DNA of 64,000 nt from Candidatus Heimdallarchaeum aukensis (GCA_021513695.1 CP084166.1:2944001-3008000); one strand, 5' to 3'; counted from the stretch's first letter, positions 19,328 through 28,901 are shown. Notes: generated from the sequence alone by a model not told the origin. Numbers and translations are program-made.

Positions 19328-20350
19328 CTAACTACTTAAAATGCTCCCGGTTAAGAGATTTTTTATCTCAAAGGTAATTTTCTCGTTTGTACTACTTTTT
19401 TCGATTTCAGTTTTAGCAGGGTCGATATAAACTTCAACTGTTATAGGATTATTCGGTGATAACACTTCTTTATTTTGGTTGATATAGTCCAATAATCTGT
19501 TTATCTTTATTCTAATTTTTCCTTTTTCTTCTGTATTTTCAAAATCTACAAAGTGTTTAAGGTTTTGAAGACAAATTGGATTATCATATTCAATATAGAT
19601 GAAACACTCTGTTTCAGAACCTATTTTTGTTGTTGAATTAACATTATGGACTCCTAATCTTGCTGCTTCCTTGAATATATCTATATCTGAATTAGATAAA
19701 AGGTATTGTTCTTTTTTTTCTAGTTTTTGAAGAACAAAATCTGACATTAAAGCATTTGGATTAATGATGTAATCAAATACATAGTGTATCTCTAATGCTT
19801 TTGTTTCTTCACCTATAGTTGTGTGCTTTGCTTCCTGTCCTTCTTTATCATCTCTATATGGAGATAATATCTGATTTATGTAATGGATATTCTCTTTTGT
19901 TGCGTTGATCCCATAGGAAATTTGTATTGGTCCTGTTATCGATAAACTTGAAAGATTTTTGCTTTTTGGAGCAAAAGTTACTCCAAACATTCTTACATCA
20001 ATGCAAGAAAGCAAATTTCTTAGGATTTGTCTGTCATCTTCTTTTTTATTTTTGTCATCAGAACTAAATAATGCATAGTAATTTTCCTCTAAGGTCATTG
20101 GACTTAGGTTGTCATTCCTTCTTCTCCAAGCGAAAATCTTAGAATCAGTTTTATTGTCTAGGATATATTTTCTGATGCAGTATTTCAGCGATTTATCTGT
20201 AGCATATATAGTCCCTTTCTCATCAGGAAGTCTTCTTGGCGTTCCTGAAAAGTCAGCATTGAAATTACTGTTTACTGACTTTACAATGATTAAGCCACTT
20301 ACGTGCTTTTCAAAAAGGTTATTTTCTGTATTGTTTTGATTTTCTTTCAA
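19328..20350 (-). CDS. cas7: Cas7 (Csh2/Cst2-type, type I-B)
   Basis: LIIVKSVNSNFNADFSGTPRRLPDEKGTIYATD is the RAMP Cas7 N-terminal signature. Located between cas8b and cas5. Confidence 0.85.
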   Translation of the reverse strand: MKENQNNTENNLFEKHVSGLIIVKSVNSNFNADFSGTPRRLPDEKGTIYATDKSLKYCIRKYILDNKTDSKIFAWRRRNDNLSPMTLEENYYALFSSDDKNKKEDDRQILRNLLSCIDVRMFGVTFAPKSKNLSSLSITGPIQISYGINATKENIHYINQILSPYRDDKEGQEAKHTTIGEETKALEIHYVFDYIINPNALMSDFVLQKLEKKEQYLLSNSDIDIFKEAARLGVHNVNSTTKIGSETECFIYIEYDNPICLQNLKHFVDFENTEEKGKIRIKINRLLDYINQNKEVLSPNNPITVEVYIDPAKTEIEKSSTNEKITFEIKNLLTGSILSS

Positions 20351-20352
20351 TT

Positions 20353-22425
20353 TTAATCCTCCTTTTTCATGAAAAATATATTTTCATCAAAAAATCCAAC
20401 GTAGAAACTCATTTTAATCTCATTAAAGGGTTGTGAAAAGTTATTTGCCAAATAATTCAGTGTCTCAGCAAAAACGATGTGTCTAAAGTCCTTGTATTCA
20501 GAGATTTCATGAAGATATTTTTCTAGATATTTTTCTAACAAAATTCTCTTTAAGTTTATAGGCGATTGTACAGACACTAAAGGTGTTAGTAGTTTCATTT
20601 TTTTATCTGCGTTGGATTTGCTGATTAAGTAGTAAACCATTTGTCCTAAATAATAGGCAAATTTTTCAGGGGAATCGATCTTAAAAGATTCTCCGTTAAT
20701 TATTTTCTTTTTTTCTTCTCTTATTTTGTCTAACATGATCTCACCATTTTTATTTTTTTTAATAAAATTATCATTTACTTTACTAAAAAGATCAGCGTTA
20801 AGATAAAAGTTTAAAATTTCATGTATCTGACTTTTTGTTGAAGTATTTTTTCCAGTTTCACTGTGCATTATAAATTTATTTTCTAATAATTTAGTTGTAA
20901 TTTCAGCAATATCGTTATCTGTTAAACATATCTCGCTTCTATAAATTGTATCAAAGAATTTTTTTCTATACTTGTAGATAAGATATTTTTGTTCTGTTAT
21001 ACCACTTTTTTTCTTTGTGTCTAAATCCCCAAAGAACTTGATCTTAAGATCAAAAATTTTTTTTAACTTTTTCAACAAATCTTCTTTTCCAAATTTCTTA
21101 CTAGATTGTGTTCCAAGATATTCTTTATATTCGGAATTTCCGTTGAAGTACAGACGATAGTTAGATATGTAATCAAAAAAAATGATCGATTTTTTATTTA
21201 TTATATTTACTAATATGATATCAAATGAATTTAGGTTGCTTCTTTTTTGAATTTCCTTTATTGTCAAAAAAAAGAATTTTCTTTTATTTTTATTATCCTT
21301 TTCTAATGATTTTAATGACTTAATAAAGTCTATTTGTTCTTTAACTAAGCTTTCTTTGATAAAAAGTGGAAAAATGTTTATCTTATTTTCTTTAAGAAAA
21401 TAGAGAAAGTTATTAAAATATTCTGCGCATGAAATACAAATTTTTATTGTATGTTTAAGATGCCTGTCAAATTTAATAGAAAAAGGCTTTTTTTCATTAA
21501 ATGATGTATAATTTGAAATATTTCCCATTTCTCCTTTTCTTCCACAAACAGGGCAAGTAGACTCAATAATTGTGTCTCTGGTAACAAACAACTTAAGAAT
21601 AATGTATTGTTCAAAAAGCTCTTCTATAACTTGATAGTTTTTATAGTTTAAGAAAACATATGCTTTGTCACATAATCTCAATAGTATATTTAGTTTTTTT
21701 AGTAAACTATACTCTTGTTCTGATACTTGATTTCTTATATTATCTATGTACTTTTTGCTTTTAATATTCTTATATTCTCCTTCTTGTAAATTAGTTCCAC
21801 CTAAAATATCCTTATTATTTTGGTCTAATAAACCAAATATGTTAAGTAATTCTCGATAAAAATGTTCATAAGTGAGCATAATCTTTGTCTTTTCTTTGTT
21901 TTTGTTTGAAGTAATTATCTCATTGATAAATTCCTTTGTTTTGTTATTTTTGACTGTATTTAAAATTAATTTCAAGTATTCGTTTTTTAAGTTAAGTTTT
22001 GAGATTCTTTCGAGAGGTTTATTTTTTCCCTTTTCATAAAGCGGATTTCTGAATAAACTTCCTAGTTTAAAATGAAATAATGAAAAAGTGTTTAATCCGC
22101 TTGTACTTCCTATGTACTTATTAGAATCTGATATTGTGGAAGTATATTTTTTAAAATCTAGTACTTTTATTAGTTCTTTTTCTTTTCTTAAAAGACTAAA
22201 AGGTTCTTTATTTGGAAAATCTTGAACAAGCTCATCATTTAGATCGGTTATTATTCTAAATCCTTTATATGAATTTTCTAGATTCCAATCTACTTCAATG
22301 AGAAAAATAACAGGAAATTGTTCTTTAATAGAATCAATATCATAATCTTCACTTACTACTAACTGTTGAGTGTTTTTTTCCATCTTTTCAAGTTCTTTCA
22401 TAAATTTAATTGATTCGATTATCAT
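20353..22425 (-). CDS. cas8b: Cas8b (Csh1-like large subunit, type I-B)
   Basis: 690 aa large protein between cas6 and cas7, with an internal zinc-finger-like CPVCGRKGEMGN...CISCAEYF. This is the position and size expected for the I-B large subunit. Confidence 0.75.
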   Translation of the reverse strand: MIIESIKFMKELEKMEKNTQQLVVSEDYDIDSIKEQFPVIFLIEVDWNLENSYKGFRIITDLNDELVQDFPNKEPFSLLRKEKELIKVLDFKKYTSTISDSNKYIGSTSGLNTFSLFHFKLGSLFRNPLYEKGKNKPLERISKLNLKNEYLKLILNTVKNNKTKEFINEIITSNKNKEKTKIMLTYEHFYRELLNIFGLLDQNNKDILGGTNLQEGEYKNIKSKKYIDNIRNQVSEQEYSLLKKLNILLRLCDKAYVFLNYKNYQVIEELFEQYIILKLFVTRDTIIESTCPVCGRKGEMGNISNYTSFNEKKPFSIKFDRHLKHTIKICISCAEYFNNFLYFLKENKINIFPLFIKESLVKEQIDFIKSLKSLEKDNKNKRKFFFLTIKEIQKRSNLNSFDIILVNIINKKSIIFFDYISNYRLYFNGNSEYKEYLGTQSSKKFGKEDLLKKLKKIFDLKIKFFGDLDTKKKSGITEQKYLIYKYRKKFFDTIYRSEICLTDNDIAEITTKLLENKFIMHSETGKNTSTKSQIHEILNFYLNADLFSKVNDNFIKKNKNGEIMLDKIREEKKKIINGESFKIDSPEKFAYYLGQMVYYLISKSNADKKMKLLTPLVSVQSPINLKRILLEKYLEKYLHEISEYKDFRHIVFAETLNYLANNFSQPFNEIKMSFYVGFFDENIFFMKKED

Positions 22426-23141
22426 TCAATCACCTCAATACAACCAAATCCCAACCCTGTTTTCTCTCCAAGGCCTGTATTGTATGCAAATTTTAACAAT
22501 TCTCTACTCGCTTGGACATCAAATGTCATCAAAGTACATCTTCTGTAGCTATTTTTTATTAAAACTCTTTTTAGTTTTAAATTGCGAATACTCGTTATTT
22601 CAAAGAAGTCTTGCTTCGGTTTTCTTCCAAAATATCTATAATATCTTTCTAACAGGTTTTTATGTAAATTTTCACTAAATTTAAGATCCCTTGGTGTAAG
22701 GTCATAAGGTTTTAGCTTTCCTTCTTTGTTGCGTCTCAAAGTCTTAACATATATTGGAGAAAGTGTTTTTAAAGTACAATCTGATTTAATATTTTTTTTA
22801 TTTTCAATTTTAATTCTCTTTACTACAAACTGCTGGGTCCCTAAATGGAATTTTAAATCTTTAAAAACGCCTGTTGCTAATCCGTCTAAAAATTCGTTAT
22901 CGATGGATGTAAAGTAAAAGAATGCTTCTTTAAAATATAATCCTTTTTTTGAAAATTTTTTCTCTTCTATTATTAAATTTGAAAAATTGTAATATTTGAA
23001 CTTTGTTTTTCTGTGTAATCTTTGTGAGACTTCTTTCTTTGAATCACTGATTTTTCTTAATATTGCACTAGTTAACCAATGTTGATAATTAAAATTTAAT
23101 GGACCATCAGTGATCTTTTCAACAAAGATTTTTAATCTCAT
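22422..23141 (-). CDS. cas6: Cas6 crRNA endoribonuclease
   Basis: 239 aa with the C-terminal glycine-rich loop GLGEKTGLGFGCIEV typical of Cas6. It is the first gene of the cas operon. Confidence 0.85.
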   Translation of the reverse strand: MRLKIFVEKITDGPLNFNYQHWLTSAILRKISDSKKEVSQRLHRKTKFKYYNFSNLIIEEKKFSKKGLYFKEAFFYFTSIDNEFLDGLATGVFKDLKFHLGTQQFVVKRIKIENKKNIKSDCTLKTLSPIYVKTLRRNKEGKLKPYDLTPRDLKFSENLHKNLLERYYRYFGRKPKQDFFEITSIRNLKLKRVLIKNSYRRCTLMTFDVQASRELLKFAYNTGLGEKTGLGFGCIEVIE

Positions 23142-23306
23142 AATATCACATTTTCATTATATAATTGTCCTACACATATAAAAATATTTCGTATTTTTGC
23201 AACAATGTTATTTTTTTGGGACAGTATCGTATTACTATGACTGTTTTATTATCTATTGACAATCTTTTACCAAAAGATTTATTTTAAATAAATCAAATCT
23301 TTTCAT

Positions 23307-23945
23307 GTGAAGACAATTATAACTCCCTCTGGATTTGAGCCAAAGCCAATTATTTCTTTTATTGTTAAAGAAGGAATTAGTAAAGAAGATAGAATAATCA
23401 TCATAAGACCAAAAGAAGATAAGATGCCTAAAGATGCAAAAGATGCTCTCTCAGAAATTAAAAAATTTATTAGTTTAATATCAGAAGATATTGAAATAGA
23501 TCTTAAATTCGTTGACATTTCTGATTTCGATATTCTTCTAATTGATTTACTTGAAATATTCAAAAATATAAATGGAGAAGTTATTGTAAATACTTATGGA
23601 AGTGTTAGAGAAATTACAATTGGCTTAACAATAATTAATCTTCTTTTTAAAAGAAATATATCAAAAGTTTATCATTATTCGAGAATGGATGAAGAATGCT
23701 TCTTACTAAATCTACCTGCAATTGTCTTCCCATTGGAGGGTATGGAAAAAAAAATACTTTTATTACTGGAAAACTCTGCTATTAATGATTATAACAGTTT
23801 GGCTAAAACTTTAAAAGTTTCAAAAAGTACAATCTCACGCGTAGTCCATATTTTAAATGACAAGAAGCTGGTTTCTGTTACAGAAACAGGGAAGAAAAAA
23901 ATAATAAAATTGTCTGTATCAGGACGATTATTAGCAAATTTATGA
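23307..23945 (+). CDS. csa3: Csa3-like CRISPR-associated transcriptional regulator (CARF + winged HTH)
   Basis: N-terminal Rossmann-like CARF region (IITPSGFEPKPIISFIVKEG...IIIIRP) and a C-terminal HTH (LAKTLKVSKSTISRVVHILNDKKLV). Divergent from cas6. Confidence 0.6.
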   Translation: MKTIITPSGFEPKPIISFIVKEGISKEDRIIIIRPKEDKMPKDAKDALSEIKKFISLISEDIEIDLKFVDISDFDILLIDLLEIFKNINGEVIVNTYGSVREITIGLTIINLLFKRNISKVYHYSRMDEECFLLNLPAIVFPLEGMEKKILLLLENSAINDYNSLAKTLKVSKSTISRVVHILNDKKLVSVTETGKKKIIKLSVSGRLLANL

Positions 23946-23978
23946 AAAAATTTCTTTTCTTAATATTTCACTTTTTAT

Positions 23979-24003
23979 AATCAGACCATAGCGGGATTGA
24001 AAT
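23979..24003 (+). repeat. Solitary degenerate CRISPR repeat (25 of 30 nt, 1 mismatch), in opposite orientation to the main array
   Basis: The + strand reads aatcagaccatagCgggattgaaat. The reverse complement of the array repeat is gttagaatcagaccatagTgggattgaaat. No second repeat follows. Confidence 0.8.
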
Positions 24004-24324
24004 TATTATTCTATTTAGTTTGACTTATTATACTGGTCTGTTTGTAGAAATTTTCAAAGCAACTTTCGATAGTTACAGAAAAATCGTTATCTAATATCCA
24101 TGCGATGAAGAAACAGATGAAAGACTGATTCAATACTTTTTTGGAGATAAAAATGGAATTTTTTTAAATATCTTTTCTATATGCTTTTTAACAATGTTTT
24201 TAACAACTGCTTCTTTTTTTTGTTCTTTATTTTTAGTTTGTGATGCAAAGTTCTTTTTTCTATAAACTTCTCTGTCTTAAAGAGAATTTTCTTCATTTAT
24301 AAATAATCTTTTGAATTTTTAATT

Positions 24325-25305
24325 ATGACAGTCATACTTCAAACTAGAAATTTGTATAAGACATATGATAAAAAGGTTAAAGCCGTACAAGGAATAGATT
24401 TAGAAATAAAAAATGGAGAAGTTTTTGGATTACTTGGTCCAAATGGCGCAGGAAAAACGACTTTAATAAAGATGCTCGTTGGAATCTTGAAACCTGACAA
24501 AGGAGAAATTTTGTTCAATGGCATTAAATTAAACGGTACGACTGAACTAAAAGGACTGATAGGTTATGCTCCACAAGAATTAGTTTTCTATCCTTTCTTA
24601 ACTGTCTTAGAAAACATGCAACTTTTTGCTAGTCTTTACTCGATTAAAAATGCAAGAAAACGTATAGATGAAATTTTAGAACTTTTTCAACTTACAGAGT
24701 TGTCAAAAAGACAAGCTGAAAAGATGTCAGGAGGTCAGAAGCGTCGATTAAATATTGCTTTAAGTTTACTTCACTCACCACAGATTCTCTTTTTAGATGA
24801 ACCTTCTTCAGGTATGGATCCGCAGAGTAGAAATGTGTTATGGGAAAGTGTAGAACAATTAAAAGAGAAAGAAGGGGTAACCATCCTTTTATCAACTCAT
24901 TTAATGGAAGTAGCTGATAAACTGAGCGATAGAGTTGCGATAATTGATCATGGAAAGGTTCTAACAGTTGGAACACCTGATGAGTTAAAATCAAAACATG
25001 CATCTATTGAGACAGTGGAAATTCAATTTGCAAAAAATATTTCTCCTTTAATACAAGAAAAAATAACTCTTCAGTTGAAAGATAAGTATGAACAGCTTTC
25101 GACAGCAAATGACAGGTTCTTTATTAAAACAAAAAACGGTTTGAAAGCAATATCTGATATTATGAAAACTATTGAAAGTCTAGCAGTTCTTTCCTACTTA
25201 CAAGATATACAACTTCGTCTTGGAACGTTAGAAGATGTATTTTTGAATCTAACAGGAAAAGAACTTAGAGAAAATAATTTTAGTTTTGGAGGTGATAGGA
25301 GATGA
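24325..25305 (+). CDS. ABC transporter ATP-binding protein (ABC-2 exporter family)
   Basis: Walker A GLLGPNGAGKTT, ABC signature LSGGQKRRL, Walker B ILFLDEPSSGMD. ATGA overlap with the permease gene. Confidence 0.9.
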   Translation: MTVILQTRNLYKTYDKKVKAVQGIDLEIKNGEVFGLLGPNGAGKTTLIKMLVGILKPDKGEILFNGIKLNGTTELKGLIGYAPQELVFYPFLTVLENMQLFASLYSIKNARKRIDEILELFQLTELSKRQAEKMSGGQKRRLNIALSLLHSPQILFLDEPSSGMDPQSRNVLWESVEQLKEKEGVTILLSTHLMEVADKLSDRVAIIDHGKVLTVGTPDELKSKHASIETVEIQFAKNISPLIQEKITLQLKDKYEQLSTANDRFFIKTKNGLKAISDIMKTIESLAVLSYLQDIQLRLGTLEDVFLNLTGKELRENNFSFGGDRR

Positions 25306-26603
25306 ATTTGAGAAATAACAAGTTTGTTCAACTATTAAGTGTAAACCTTAAAGCAATTTATAGACAAAGAATGGTTCTTTTCTTTACGCTTCTCTTTCCC
25401 TTGATATTTATTGGTGTTTTCGGTATATCCTATGGTGGAGATGGGGCAACAACTCGTACTATGGATCTTATAGTAATTAACAATGATTTAGGTATTCCTG
25501 AAAACACTGTAGCTTTTTATGGAAATGAAACTGTTTCAGGGACATTTTACTCTGAAAAGTATTTAGAATTACTAGGCAATCTTGTTTACCCGGATTCAAA
25601 AGACAATAAATCTGTTTTTTTTATTACTGTCATCAATGAAACAGAAAGAGACAATGCACTGTTCAAACTTGAACGAAGAGAAATCGTTGCTCTTCTTACT
25701 TTACCTGAAGATTTTAGTTTAGGTATACTCTTTAGTTTTAGAACACAATTTAGCAACGATAGCTTCTTTTCTTTATTGACTAACAATTGGTCTGGTTACC
25801 CAGAAAGCTCACTTTCGGTAGAAATTACTATACTAGGAGACTCAAGTACAGAAGAGTTTGCTATTGCAGGGCCTATTATAAATGAATTCAGTAAAATGTT
25901 TTTTCAGCTAGGAAATGAACAACAAACTGGAGTGAATGTTAACATAATCGGAAACTACCAAACTAAAGGTTTCAGCACATTTTACTATATTGTTCCTGGT
26001 GTTATAATTTTCGGTGTGTTGCAATCCCTCACTTCTGGAGCAAGCAGAACTATGCGCGATGTAGACTCAAAGAATTTGGAAAGAATTCGTTTAACTCGTG
26101 TAGCTTCTTATACTTATGTAAGCGCGCTTATTGTTAGTCAAGCCTTGTTAGTTGCTATTCAAGTACCAATAATGTTTGTAACAGCAATGCTTTTTGGATT
26201 AGAACTATCGATACATGTATTAAGCGGAATAATTGTAGGAATTATTCTTTCTTTCGCCACTACAGGAATAGCCTTTTTGCTTGCTGGACTTGTACGTAAA
26301 GGTGACGAAGCAGAAGGGTTAGCTAATCTTATAGCTGTTCCAATGGCTTTTCTCTCTGGATCTTTTACCGTTATGCCAAACCCTGAAATTCTTCCTAATG
26401 TTGGCTGGTTAGGAGGAAACTCTTTGCGATTGTTTGATTTCTTGCCTTCTACCCCTGCTGTAAGAATATTACGTTCTTTAATTCTTGGACAAAGAACTTT
26501 AGGTGAGAATTGGTTTGATCTATGTCTATTAACTCTGCTAGCCTTTCTCTACCTTGGACTGGGGTTGGGTGTATATATTCAAAAACACTTGAGAATGAAA
26601 TAG
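25302..26603 (+). CDS. ABC-2 type transporter permease with a large extracellular loop
   Basis: 433 aa: one N-terminal TM helix, a ~170-aa loop, then 5-6 C-terminal TM helices. Translationally coupled to the ATPase. Confidence 0.8.
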   Translation: MNLRNNKFVQLLSVNLKAIYRQRMVLFFTLLFPLIFIGVFGISYGGDGATTRTMDLIVINNDLGIPENTVAFYGNETVSGTFYSEKYLELLGNLVYPDSKDNKSVFFITVINETERDNALFKLERREIVALLTLPEDFSLGILFSFRTQFSNDSFFSLLTNNWSGYPESSLSVEITILGDSSTEEFAIAGPIINEFSKMFFQLGNEQQTGVNVNIIGNYQTKGFSTFYYIVPGVIIFGVLQSLTSGASRTMRDVDSKNLERIRLTRVASYTYVSALIVSQALLVAIQVPIMFVTAMLFGLELSIHVLSGIIVGIILSFATTGIAFLLAGLVRKGDEAEGLANLIAVPMAFLSGSFTVMPNPEILPNVGWLGGNSLRLFDFLPSTPAVRILRSLILGQRTLGENWFDLCLLTLLAFLYLGLGLGVYIQKHLRMK

Positions 26604-26628
26604 TTCTTTATCTCTTTTTTGAGAATTT

Positions 26629-26976
26629 TTATCCTTCTTTTTTTTCTTCTAGTATGGTTGTTAATGCTGTGGTCATTAGATTTGCATACTCTTGGATAGA
26701 GTTTACCCCTTTCTCTGTTAAATATAAAATAGTTGTAGGTTTGGCTTTAATGAACGCTTTTTGAACTTCAATTAATCCATTCTCTTCTAGTTTCTTAATG
26801 TGAGAAGAAAGATTACCTGCAGTTAAGTCTAAAACCTTTTGAACTTCAGTGAAAAGAGCTTTTCCTTTAGGTAAAAGAAATATCATAATCGCTAGTCTAA
26901 CAGGTGTGTGAATAATATCATTAACACTAGCGACTTCTTTGAGAACATTCTCCTCCTCAGAACTCTCTTCACGCAT
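26629..26976 (-). CDS. ArsR/PadR-like winged-helix transcriptional regulator
   Basis: 115 aa. HTPVRLAIMIFLLPKGKALFTEVQKVLDLTAGNLSSHIKKLEENGLIEV fits a wHTH recognition helix plus wing. Confidence 0.55.
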   Translation of the reverse strand: MREESSEEENVLKEVASVNDIIHTPVRLAIMIFLLPKGKALFTEVQKVLDLTAGNLSSHIKKLEENGLIEVQKAFIKAKPTTILYLTEKGVNSIQEYANLMTTALTTILEEKKEG

Positions 26977-27054
26977 TCAATACACACTTAATCATTAATA
27001 TTATTAAACTCTTAATTAGTATTTCTGCTGAGAAATTTGTATAATTAATGCAAA

Positions 27055-27149
27055 GTGTTTAAACTAAACTTAGACATGTCAAATGATGCTCATCTTTTCT
27101 AGGAGAAGTTTTATTAGGCATGTTTAAACTAAACTTAGACATGTCAAAT
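27055..27149. promoter_or_regulatory. Two copies of a 30-bp direct repeat (tgtttaaactaaacttagacatgtcaaatg) in a divergent promoter region: candidate operator pair
   Basis: Identical copies at 27055-27084 and 27120-27149. Each contains the palindromes GTTTAAAC and ACATGT. They lie between the ArsR-family gene start (26976, minus) and the membrane protein gene start (27242, plus). Confidence 0.5.
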
Positions 27150-27241
27150 GGCTTACCATATTCTCTTTTTTTACTCTTAAATAGACTTTGTGAAGCAAAC
27201 TTCCTTCTTAGTTTAAATAAACATAAATCAATTACCATATA

Positions 27242-27898
27242 ATGGCAGAGGATATATCATCTAGCGAAATTAGAGAATTATTAAGTTATATGGAAAAAAT
27301 CAAAAATTTTGAGAAAAAGTATAAACTACAACTTGAATCAGTTCAGAAGATGATATGGGGATGTTTACTCCTTATTGCAGGTATTTTAGATTTCGTTTTT
27401 GCAGCTTATCTATTTAGATATGGTCCTGTTTTTATCCCCTGGATATTTATTGTCCCTGTCAGTGTGCTCTTAATGAATTTTGTTAGTAACCGTCCAATTT
27501 TAACAGAAGAAAAAAAGAAGAAAAAGCCATTCTATAAAGAACCAATCTATATTGGGCTTCTTTTAGTTATAGTTGTAATGATCGCTTTTGGAAATGCTAA
27601 CTTATACTATTTAATTATGCCAAGTATAGCAGTAATTATGGGGGTAGCAATCCTTGTTGATCATAAGTTTGTCTTAACAGGTAAAGAAAGGGCAATTGAA
27701 TATCTCACTCCTGTTCTGACCATAGCAACAGCTCTAGTAAATCTTTTAGGTTATTTCTTTATAAAGGAAATCAGTATTCCTGCCCTGGCTATTGAACCTA
27801 CAAACTTTACTATCTTTCACGGGTTAATCTTTGGCTTTGTTTTTGGTATAATGGAGATAATAGAGGCTATCTTGACGAGAAAAAAAACTTTTGCATGA
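27242..27898 (+). CDS. Hypothetical polytopic membrane protein
   Basis: 218 aa with a soluble N-terminal 30 aa followed by about 5 predicted TM helices. Confidence 0.5.
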   Translation: MAEDISSSEIRELLSYMEKIKNFEKKYKLQLESVQKMIWGCLLLIAGILDFVFAAYLFRYGPVFIPWIFIVPVSVLLMNFVSNRPILTEEKKKKKPFYKEPIYIGLLLVIVVMIAFGNANLYYLIMPSIAVIMGVAILVDHKFVLTGKERAIEYLTPVLTIATALVNLLGYFFIKEISIPALAIEPTNFTIFHGLIFGFVFGIMEIIEAILTRKKTFA

Positions 27899-27978
27899 CA
27901 AAAGACTTCCTCAAAATAATACCCTTTATCCCTCTCTTTCTCCTCTCGGACAAATAGTTAAAGCTCATCTTTTCTATC

Positions 27979-28251
27979 TTGGTTTTTATCGTCATAATCA
28001 ACATCCCTAGTGTTTTAGTAGTGTTAAACAAGTTTTGCTCTCCTCAAACTCTCTTTTTCTCTTTCCTTGATCGTTTACCTCTACCATCTTTAATTGTGGG
28101 ATTGATTGCTGGAATTGCAACAGGAGGACTTCTTCTTTTTGAACTGTTCCTGAGTTTTGATATGGATGTTTTAAAAAAAATCAGACTGGCTTTTTCAATA
28201 ATTGCAACAATATTGTCGATTATTCTAACGCTTATCAAGTTTTTAATGTGA
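27979..28251 (+). CDS. Hypothetical small membrane protein
   Basis: 90 aa with two hydrophobic helices. Weak support. Confidence 0.25.
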   Translation: MVFIVIINIPSVLVVLNKFCSPQTLFFSFLDRLPLPSLIVGLIAGIATGGLLLFELFLSFDMDVLKKIRLAFSIIATILSIILTLIKFLM

Positions 28252-28901
28252 TAACTTGATCAAATAGAGTTAAAGTTAGGTGTCATTCTCTTTGGAGGAA
28301 GTTTCGGAATTAGTGGAGTAATAAGTAATTTATTCAAGAACAATTAAAAGTTAAAAGATGTAATAGCTTCTTTTATTCCTTTTTTATACATTCCATTTGC
28401 TTACCTGCAATCAATTTACTTTAATTTCTAAAATAATTGTTTTATTCTTATTGACTAAATAAAGAAGATTTGTATTTAACATGTAATCTTGTTAATTTTA
28501 ATTAACAAGTTTTAATAGAAAGAAAACTCATCATCAACTACTACTTTTTATCAAAATAGTTCTTTATTATAAGTTGTTATCTAATAAGGAGATACATACA
28601 AGAAGGAAGATAATTTTACTCATGAAGAGTCCTTTTAACGAATATGAACGTAAAATGAGCTTAAAAAGAATAAATATCAACTTAATTTCGTATAAGGAAT
28701 ACATAAGTATGTACAAATCCAAGATTATGTTGCAAGAATGAAGCTGATTTACTGTAGTTCTCTTTTTTACTAATAATTATTTTTTGAAAAAGAAAAAATG
28801 GCTGTAATAACAAACAGTGATTGTGTGATGATATTAATTTCTTGTTAATGAAAGAGAAAAATTTATAGAAAATTGTCGATTAATCAACTTTGTGAATTTA
28901 T

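Noticed and set aside
23220-23245. Weak inverted repeat (g)acagt-N14-actgt(t) in the cas6/csa3 divergent promoter region as a Csa3 operator
   Set aside because: The arms are only 5 bp, which is expected by chance in 165 bp of AT-rich DNA. It is mentioned only as a place to look.
24100-24135. Possible C/D-box sRNA (gcgatgaagaaacagatgaaagactga) in the csa3/ABC intergenic region
   Set aside because: No canonical RUGAUGA box C, and the box-like elements are only ~20 nt apart. That is too short for a C/D sRNA guide architecture.
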